Assembly (NCBI GenBank): GCA_965644495.1
Contig: CBFFSA010000009.1
Span: 310,001 to 374,000 of the forward strand
Source of the DNA: Perkinsela sp. CCAP 1560/9
Lineage: Eukaryota; Protista; Euglenozoa: Kinetoplastea
Direction of reading: 5' to 3'
Length of the DNA stretch: 64,000 nucleotides
Part shown: piece after piece, positions 56,061 to 64,000 of the stretch
How the letters are laid out: each line of letters begins with the position of its first letter
Position numbering within the stretch: the stretch's first letter is position 1
Notes under the pieces: model-generated
Databases searched by the model: none
Told to the model about the DNA's origin: nothing
Seen by the model: only the letters and a program-made list of their open reading frames with translations
Program-made: the position numbers and the translations under genes

Positions 56061-56120
56061 ATTTATAACCATAAGTATTGCCCTGTATGTTGTAGTTGAG
56101 ACAGCTGCCACAAACTGTTT

Positions 56121-59105
56121 TTGCGTATGCAAAAAGCAGTAGAACTCCTGCAAAAGCACAATGCAATACTTGGCGGGAAGGTTACCATACGACTCAGCGA
56201 AGAGCAATGGCGACAGGTTGAAGCGAGAGCAAGTGCACGTTGCAACGAACTTCTAAGCGATACAACGGACAGGAAGACAGCTATACGTAACGCGGAACTT
56301 CTTAGCGCCGCCCTAGCCGTATCTGCTTGCGAAATAGCGACGGAAGCGAATCCGACAAGGGGCTTCCTCATCAGAGCTAGCACCGGACACGCCCGACGAA
56401 GGTATCGACCACTCGCCACGGAGAGAGTCGCACAAGAACTGAAACACCATCTCACAACCTTGAAAACTTCGCTACGCTATACGAGAAGTAGGACGGAACG
56501 AGACGAATTACGAGCACAAATCAAAGAATGTCGAAAGCTAGTCAGGATACGTGAGGAAGAAGCGACGAAACAAAGAGAAGAATTCGATCAGCACTGGGCC
56601 TCCGAGAGATTTTCCAGAAATCCGTGGACAGCAGCTTCAGAAACGATCGACAAACCTGACGCTAATGAAGTACAGAATGCAACTTACCCGACCTGTGACC
56701 GGAACACCATAGAGACATACTACGAGTCAAGCTTTAAACCCAGTGAACAACTCTTCCAACTGCCTCCTCCAGATGTACTCGGACCAGGAGCCGCCCAACC
56801 CATGCATTGGGACCCAATCACGCGAGACGATGTCACAGCAGCCATCAATATGAAACGGAACTCCAGCTCACCCGGTGCAGACACGATCACCAATCTGATT
56901 CTTAAAAAATGTCCATCCATGCATGATCAATTTGCTAAGGTATTCAATAATCTGATGACTTTCTCGACCTGCCCTCCATCATGGAAAACTGCAATCACTA
57001 AGCTGATACATAAGAGCGGAGCACCGGAAAACCCCAAAAATTGGCGCCCCATTTCACTGACGAGCGCCCTTGGTAAAGCGTTCCACACAATCATATCGCA
57101 TCGCCTGACCCAACATCTTATTGGACACAATGTGATTGACCCGGAAATACAGAAAGGGTTTCTTTCCGAAATCAATGGGATATTGGAGCACACCCAAACT
57201 CTATGCACCCTCCTCCAGCACTACCAGCGACATAAACGACAGTACTGTCTTGCCCAATTGGACCTCACTAACGCCTTTGGTTCGATCCCGCATAACATTA
57301 TACTAGCTTCCCTAGCTTGGGCAGGCATACCCTGCAACGTTGTCGACTACATCAAAGACAGCCTCACTGATGCACACATACGAGTTAAATGTTACGAAGG
57401 TCTAACGCGTCCCATACATGTAAAGAAGGGAGTCTTACAAGGCGATACACTCTCCTCCACTATATTCTTAGTAGTCATGGAAATCGTATTACGATACGTT
57501 CGGTTCTCGTGTCCAACCTTTGGCATGCGCCTTCCCAACGGCGATAACAACTTCTTGAAAGCGTATGCCGATGATTTAACCATTCTGACCGAAAGTGACC
57601 GTGACATGCAAACTTCGCTGAACGCACTAACCACGGTGCTCTCCAAAATCGGATTAAAAATCAACGTCACAAAAAGTCGAGTCCAATGTATGAGCACGCG
57701 GAAAGGCGAAGAGCACCCGGGGTACATGACGAGAAGACCTGCAGTAACCACATACGGAGAAAAAATTCCACATATTTGCGACGCCGGAAGCTCATTTCTT
57801 GGTATGACCCTCGCCCCTGGATCTCAGCAGCTAAACGAACTTTTCAATAAATTAAACTCAAAGCTGAAAGGATGGCTTGAAAACACGAGTGCCAGCGCCC
57901 ATAATCTCCCGGCTAAGCTGTGGATCTACACACACGCTATAATTTCCCGACTTCGGTTTCAGTTTACCATCCACCCCTGCATCTCTTTCAGCTCAGTTCT
58001 GCGGCTTCAGAAGCGAGTCACAGCACACATTCGACGATGGATTAACATGGCTCGTGCCGGTAGCACAGAAGTACTATACTCCTGCGGCGGCTGGAATCTC
58101 AAAAGTCTGACACAACTCTGGTACGAGTGCACCGGAACGTCACTTACCCAAATGCATCAATCACGAGACCCGAACGTGCTCAAGGCATTGCGCTTCCGCA
58201 TCCAGGAAGAGCAAAGGAAGCGTGCGAAAGGTCAAATCCGCCCAGGTGCACAAATAACCGATCATCTTAACGACCCACAGCGCGCACGACAAATACTCCG
58301 TGATGCCCACGAAGAACAAATGATTACACGTCTACGACAACGTGCTCCTGTTGCTGCCCTCTGGTGGCAGTTTCCGTCAGACCCAGAAATGGCACAAGAA
58401 TTTGTATCTGCCATCCATGGGATCCGAAACGAGAAACTCTCGCGATTCATGTCCTTCGTCATGACTCTAACCCCCCTGCCCTCCCGAGTATCCCTTGCAC
58501 AATGGGGTCGCAACTATCACTCTGATACAAAATGTCCCATATGCCGAGACAAACCACAAACAACAAGACACGTCCTTTCATCATGCAACACATCCTTACA
58601 AAAAGGGAGGTACACACTAAGACACGACATGGTTCTCCGCGAGTTCGCACGACACGTACGCCAATCCCCTACCACCGAAGCTTGCCACTTTGACCTCACG
58701 GGTGAACGGAACCCACCCCCGTGGTACACCAGTAGCGACAGTTTACTGCGCCCGGATGGCTGGATCAAACTACGGAACGGGACCGAGTTCATCATTGAGC
58801 TAACTGTTCCGTGGGAGGAGAACTGTGAAAACGCACACCGGCGGAAGTCAGAGAAGTATAACTTACTTCTCCACGAGCGCAGAATCGAGAACCCGAACTG
58901 CTACGCCCTAGCGTTCGAGATCGGCGCACGGGGACTTCCTAGCGGATCCTGTCGCTATCTTGACGCCGTGTTCCAAGGGGAACGAAAACGAGCCAGATCA
59001 TGCAGAGAAAGCATGAGTTTAATGGCTGGTCGGGCCAGCTATATTATCTGGGCTCGGAGGAACGAAGCTGAATGGACGGACGAGGAAAACCGCTCTGCTT
59101 GCTAA
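56121..59105 (+). CDS. 5'-truncated RLE retrotransposon copy 3: open RT-knuckle-RLE frame
   Basis: 994-aa open frame collinear with copies 1 and 2 from GGKV onward, with YADD, CPIC, RPDGW and IIELTVPWEEN. Lacks the N-terminal fingers. 3' UTR runs to ~59183. Confidence 0.9.
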   Translation: MRMQKAVELLQKHNAILGGKVTIRLSEEQWRQVEARASARCNELLSDTTDRKTAIRNAELLSAALAVSACEIATEANPTRGFLIRASTGHARRRYRPLATERVAQELKHHLTTLKTSLRYTRSRTERDELRAQIKECRKLVRIREEEATKQREEFDQHWASERFSRNPWTAASETIDKPDANEVQNATYPTCDRNTIETYYESSFKPSEQLFQLPPPDVLGPGAAQPMHWDPITRDDVTAAINMKRNSSSPGADTITNLILKKCPSMHDQFAKVFNNLMTFSTCPPSWKTAITKLIHKSGAPENPKNWRPISLTSALGKAFHTIISHRLTQHLIGHNVIDPEIQKGFLSEINGILEHTQTLCTLLQHYQRHKRQYCLAQLDLTNAFGSIPHNIILASLAWAGIPCNVVDYIKDSLTDAHIRVKCYEGLTRPIHVKKGVLQGDTLSSTIFLVVMEIVLRYVRFSCPTFGMRLPNGDNNFLKAYADDLTILTESDRDMQTSLNALTTVLSKIGLKINVTKSRVQCMSTRKGEEHPGYMTRRPAVTTYGEKIPHICDAGSSFLGMTLAPGSQQLNELFNKLNSKLKGWLENTSASAHNLPAKLWIYTHAIISRLRFQFTIHPCISFSSVLRLQKRVTAHIRRWINMARAGSTEVLYSCGGWNLKSLTQLWYECTGTSLTQMHQSRDPNVLKALRFRIQEEQRKRAKGQIRPGAQITDHLNDPQRARQILRDAHEEQMITRLRQRAPVAALWWQFPSDPEMAQEFVSAIHGIRNEKLSRFMSFVMTLTPLPSRVSLAQWGRNYHSDTKCPICRDKPQTTRHVLSSCNTSLQKGRYTLRHDMVLREFARHVRQSPTTEACHFDLTGERNPPPWYTSSDSLLRPDGWIKLRNGTEFIIELTVPWEENCENAHRRKSEKYNLLLHERRIENPNCYALAFEIGARGLPSGSCRYLDAVFQGERKRARSCRESMSLMAGRASYIIWARRNEAEWTDEENRSAC

Positions 59106-59444
59106 ATAAAAAGGGTTATCCCGTTGTATGCGGGCCTTACCCTGAAAACTCTCTGCTATTATGCAATAGTATGAACAAACAAACCTGAGCAGTTGGAGTT
59201 GTACTGGCACGGAAGTATTGGTACAGCTAAGTTGCAGGATATTACAGATGTTCCTGGTGTGACGCGGTTTAGTGCAATGGTGAGTGCACCTGTGCATGGT
59301 GTAGCACCAATTGTTCCGAATTCAAGCACTGTAGATGCGCTTGGTGCGTCGGCAGGTCACAGTTGTGCGCAATATTTGAAGACCGATTTGTACCCTTGTG
59401 TATACAACGCGTATATAAATAGATTTACGACACTGAATTATCCA

Positions 59445-59642
59445 GCTATCCAATCGATCCTATCAACATTTCTTCATTGCAATGTACTTCAAACCACTCA
59501 TGCTGGAGTCAGTGTTTTTTAAAAATTCTACTAGATGGCATATAAACGTTTTCAAGAAATTGAAGCAACAGATTTTCAGCTGGAAGATGTGCATTCACAC
59601 GTCCCAGACGTAGCGATGTCGTGTCCGCGTTGGCACAAACAT
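59445..59642 (-). pseudogene. Degenerate 5' fragment of a CAAX-subfamily LRR gene
   Basis: Similar to 50470-50673 (RLGRVNAHLPAENLL) with indels. Confidence 0.8.
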
Positions 59643-60065
59643 TACGTAGGTGTGTAAGAAAAAATATTGTTCTGTATAGAGAAAATTAATAATGTGAGTG
59701 CAAAATGTTGAATCCAAAATTTTGTAAGATTTTTTTGCTACATTCGCATATTGCCTTTATTGTTGTGCAAAATGTTTGCTCTACACCGATCCTTAGCCTA
59801 CGCTTCGTGACGTGAAAGATGCAGAAAAACGATTTCCAGATTGCACCTGTTCAGACTGTATACCTGTACCTCAAACTCATGCTTGCGACACAGAGCTTGT
59901 AATCTACGAAATGCGCGCGATAGCAAGAACTCGCCTTCAATCTGAAACCGTATTTGCGTGTCATGTCTTTCACGAAGAATGACTTGGCACTGGGGAAATA
60001 TATCCATCCGGAGTACATCACAAAGCTGATTTACGTCATCTGCGTCATTCCCCCCACTTTTATTA

Positions 60066-60761
60066 CTGTCCCCCCCTGCTCAAGAGTCCGCGGGGTACCC
60101 CCCCTACTTAAGATTCCTTTTTGACGGAGCCTCGGGATGCCTGCGGCGCCAGATGATTTTTCTTTTTTGATTTTTTTTCTATTTTTTTTGATTTTTTTTG
60201 TCTGCCCATTGCGTTTTTAATATTTCCAAGCTATTTATACTTGATGGTACTCCGAGGAAGGAGCAGACTACGGGCAGGCATGGGACATAACCGTCCTCCT
60301 CAACCCCCTTCAACTCTCTCGCGAACTGATCGAAGTTCTTCTCCTCTCCGATCACCCTCCTCACACGAGACCAACCCCCTTAATCTATCTCCCCACCTAA
60401 TGACGGTAACCTTCCGTTACCCCATTCCGGGAGCCAACCTCGTTCTCTTCTATCTCAAGTGTGCGCGGTATTGCATTACGAGTATCATTATATTCTCCTG
60501 CATATCAAGGGTCATATTCTGAATATTTATGACAGTTTTTTTGAACATGCCTCAGTAGCACGTCGGGTACAGACGCCGACCTTCATTAAACAAAAATAGA
60601 GAAAACAAATAGAGAAAACAAACAGACAAAAAAGGAACCGGACATATTGAAATTTTATGAAAAAATGCTGACCCCCACTTAAGAGTCCGAAAAATTGTGC
60701 CCCCTCCACTTAAGAGTCCAAATGCCCAAAATCGGCGGACTCTTAAGTACGGGGGGGACAG
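60066..60761. mobile_element. MITE with TA TSD
   Basis: TIR CTGTCCCCCCC..CT(C/T)AAGAGTCCGC at both ends, flanked by TA (60064-65, 60762-63). Confidence 0.78.
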
Positions 60762-61196
60762 TATGTATGCCCTGTTCTGCTAAACCCCTGATTTTTTCTT
60801 GGCACGTGGCGTATACTCTTAGCTCATAACACTACATACTCGTAACATGCACTGAATAATGTCTGTTATGTTCCTTTATGCTCTGTGGTAACGTGTATGA
60901 TTGCATATCATGTGCAAAGTTTATAACCACAATAATATTTGGCTTATTTGTGAAACTCTTCGTATCAATATACATGTACCTTTCTTGGGCCTTTTAATGT
61001 ACGGAATAAGCCATGAACAGGTTAATCAAGTGTATTCCGAGCTACACCGGATTCACGGCGCCATTATAGGGGAAAAGACATGCGGCGTCTAAAATTTTCC
61101 TTATGTATGTGCGCTTTAAACTGCACATGGGAACAATTACATGACCTCCAGGGGCTTTGAACGAGCCCGAATGATCCGCCAGTTTCTATCCGCACC

Positions 61197-61619
61197 TTGC
61201 GTGAAGATTTCTCGCGCACAGCAAAGTTACTTTCCTCCCCGCGCCTGATGAACCCAAAATTTTTTCAGCATGGTGTTCCGTGGCTTTCGGATGTGACATG
61301 TATCGTAGATATCACTACCATTCCTTGCCGAGCGCGCAAGAAGCAAACTGTTTGGGACAGCACGCGTGGTGAGTACGTGCAAAAAGACGCAACTTACTCT
61401 GGAAAGCATCATGAGCATTGTTTTAAAGTAGAATTTTGGATGGTGTTGGCCGGAGTTCTTTTCTTTTTTCGAGGACCTGTGAATGGAAGTATCCATGATG
61501 CGATAGTTTACAGTACTACTACAACCCACAGGACTCCACTTTTCGATCATCACAAAGACGAAATGTTTCTTGGAGATCTTGGGTATATAGGTTCCAATCA
61601 TTGTTTCGTACCATCTTAA
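61197..61619 (+). pseudogene. PIF/Harbinger/ISL2EU-like transposase fragment
   Basis: IVDIT, YSGKH..CFK, GSIHD and LGDLGY match the DDE_Tnp_4/HARBI1 motif order. Confidence 0.7.
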
Positions 61620-62560
61620 GAGTACAATAAGAAAAACTTGGCCCTGGAATCTTTTTCTGTGGGAAAGAGGAGCATTGGTAATGTTCCTGTTGGCTTCTCT
61701 TTCCTTCGTCGCACAGTTCTTCTCCTGGTACAGCATCGAGGACATCTCCTACTCGATGTGCGTCCACGTGAACTGTACTTTCTGGGTGAGGTTGCCCAAG
61801 ACATGGAAAGCTACCTTGAGGAGCAACCATTATATGCTCCGCGACGAAAAGGCGAAGTGGGAGACTTTGTCGAGAGCTTGTGGCGCTCGATCACGGGACA
61901 ACGGTCTCGCGCTTGCGCAGCATGGCGCCAAAAACGCATGAAAGCTTCCACTTCCCTCGAAGCAAGCGCTGAAAGTGACCAAGTGGAAAGCCCTGCAAAG
62001 GGCCTATCGGGCAGGGTCATTCGATTTCCCGAGCTCGAGTAAAACGCTATGGGGCGAAAAAGGGAATACGAAGTGCGAAAGTGTAAAGTGGAAAAGATCA
62101 GCACTAAGTACAGTACTGTAACCCCCCTTTAATATACACCCCCCAAACCCCCCTATCATAGAGACAAAACGCATTATTCTACGTTAAAGGGGGTCACAGT
62201 ATTTGAAATGTGTTCAACTTTTTAAATATTTGCGAATGAGTGCTGAAGATCAGTTTTGAAATGTATAGTACATTAATATTTAAATCTTTTTTATGCATGG
62301 AGATCACCGCTGCATTCTCCCGAACTTTGCCCCCCTCGAGTGCTTACTCTGGTTTCATTCACTGGTTATTTCAAAATAGCTACTATTTCCTTTTTGACTT
62401 ACCTAGTGTTGAAACACCGCGAAACAGCGCTTTACGTCATCCGCAGACCCTCAACTATCAGAACTAAAGTGTCTGATAGCTTTTTCTTGCTAGATTTAGG
62501 CCACTATTATAGTGGTATACTGATCTATACAACTGCTGTAGTAGTATAGTGTATAGTCTA

Positions 62561-63388
62561 CAGGGGTGCGAATCTAAAGGTGGGGGGTCTAAAATTCGTA
62601 AAAGTTGTCCAATTTTGGAAAATAATAGCGCATTGGATAGCTCTCACAGAGTTGTATGTTTTAGGATAGGTAGCATCCGGGGTTTGGGAGGTACCCCCCT
62701 TTCATGTAAGGGTCAAAAACACATATTGCAATACTTTAGTGATGTCAATAATTTCTGTAATTTGGATTGCAAAAGACAATTAGTAACCACAGTGCCTCCC
62801 GTTCCGACTAATAACAATTTCACAACGCTTCCTGAAACTCTTCAACGTTTTCTGAACCGTTGCAGAGTGGGTCTGTTTCAATTTAAGGAAAGACCCCTCA
62901 ATGGCGGCTTCCAGTTGCTGTCGATTTCGGGGTCGAAGAAGATTTTTGTCTGTGTCCATCACAGACCACAAATTTTCGATCGGATTCAGGTCTGGAGATT
63001 TTGCAAGCCAGGGGAGAACGGAAATTCCTGTATCACGGAACGTGGCACGCGCCTTGTTGTGGGTCGGGCAGTTGTCCATGGCAATCGTGGGCGCTGGATG
63101 TCGCTTTAAATATTGAAGAAAGCCCCGTGGCTTTTTCATAACCTGATCAAAAATTCCAACGTTTCAACCCAACGTTTTAAAGTGTTCTCTTGAACACCAA
63201 AGTGCTGCGCCGTAGCGGAGTACGATCCTGTGCGCTCGTATTCCGCCACCAAAAGCATGCGGTGACTCTCTTTGACGGGGGCGGGGGAAGAATACGATCT
63301 ATCGCTCAGTACTCCACGGGAAGTCCTCGAGCGAGCGCGCCTTTGGGGCATTTTCTAGTAAAAACTGTAATTCCTGCGAGGGAAAAAA
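62561..63388 (-). mobile_element. Internally deleted Tc1-like copy lacking the left TIR
   Basis: TA plus right TIR. Transposase N-terminus (63136..63351) is joined to its C-terminus (62780..63139). Confidence 0.92.
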
Positions 63389-64000
63389 GTTTCTTCCTCT
63401 TCAGAATCTTCTTTCTCGTCTTCCGCAAAATGAAAAATCAGTTCTTCTTCGGCGTACAGTATATAAATAGAATATAGAAACAAACTGACAGTAATGTTAT
63501 CACTGTAAATTAAATTTGTAACTAATGTCCAGCAAAAAGATAAAGCACAAAAAATATGTACACGTATTGTTTTCATAGATAGTGCTTGAACGGTTAAGGT
63601 TCAACCTCAATAATAGTACCATAATAAATCAGTTTTTGTACAGTTTTTGTAGTTTTACGGACCTCTGAATTATTGTGTGATATAATCAGACAAAAGTTTT
63701 TTTCTTCGAAAAAAATAGAAATGCGCAAAAAAAGTAGTTTGTGTATAGCGCGCCAAAAAGTAGCATATTTACAGTTTCTGAAGTTTTTCAACCCGTGATC
63801 GAAAGCCGGCGGTACATTATCACTGAGCTACATAATCAGACAAGCCCCCTTCTGCTCTCTGATAGCTCTAATTCTTGTCTCCCTAATAGAAATTCTAACG
63901 AATCGTGGCAGTTTTTTTATGACGTACATTCCCTTTAGGTTTTCATTGCATTCTAAATTGAGCTCGTGAACGGCCTGTGGAAGACACTCAAAGTGTAAAG
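63389..64000. repeat. Near-identical duplication of ~48602-49210, including the 3' end (63828-64000) of a CLIM-ending LRR gene
   Basis: Base-by-base similarity. Spurious ORFs 48807 and 48954 recur as 63594 and 63741. Confidence 0.93.

Noticed and set aside
1111-64000. Diversity-generating retroelement or bacterial retron/defence system (RT next to variable LRR genes)
   Set aside because: The RTs are non-LTR types with knuckle and RLE domains. I saw no TR/VR pair differing only at adenines, and the context is eukaryotic.

Overview
Repeat-rich eukaryotic DNA, most likely from a euglenozoan (kinetoplastid-like) protist. The evidence is kinetoplastid-type spliced-leader (SL) exon sequence, intronless genes all on one strand, and CRE-like and VIPER/DIRS-like retroelement remnants. 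The backbone is a minus-strand array of about 19 short, intronless LRR-only genes, pseudogenes and fragments. They share an N-terminal RxG(K/R)V...LPxEYxL motif and a W..ACEWxGVxC cap. Three carry a monopartite NLS-like insert and five loci end in a CAAX box. Between and inside them lie: (i) a family of single-ORF RT + zinc-knuckle + restriction-like-endonuclease (HERO/NeSL-like) non-LTR retrotransposons; (ii) CRE-like remnants; (iii) an apparently intact Tc1-like DD32E transposon plus partial copies; (iv) pogo-like, Harbinger-like and YR-retroelement remnants, several MITEs, a tRNA-headed element and two hairpin-rich ~123/124-bp tandem arrays. The best candidate for a new system is the RLE retrotransposon family. 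Full-length copies start with an SL exon fragment and carry 3-4 CxHxCx5CxHxCC (Mer3/HFM1-like) fingers instead of C2H2/Myb. They end in a covarying two-hairpin 3' structure, and two of them split LRR genes at nearly the same LRR register with no target-site duplication. All calls are by eye; no searches were run.
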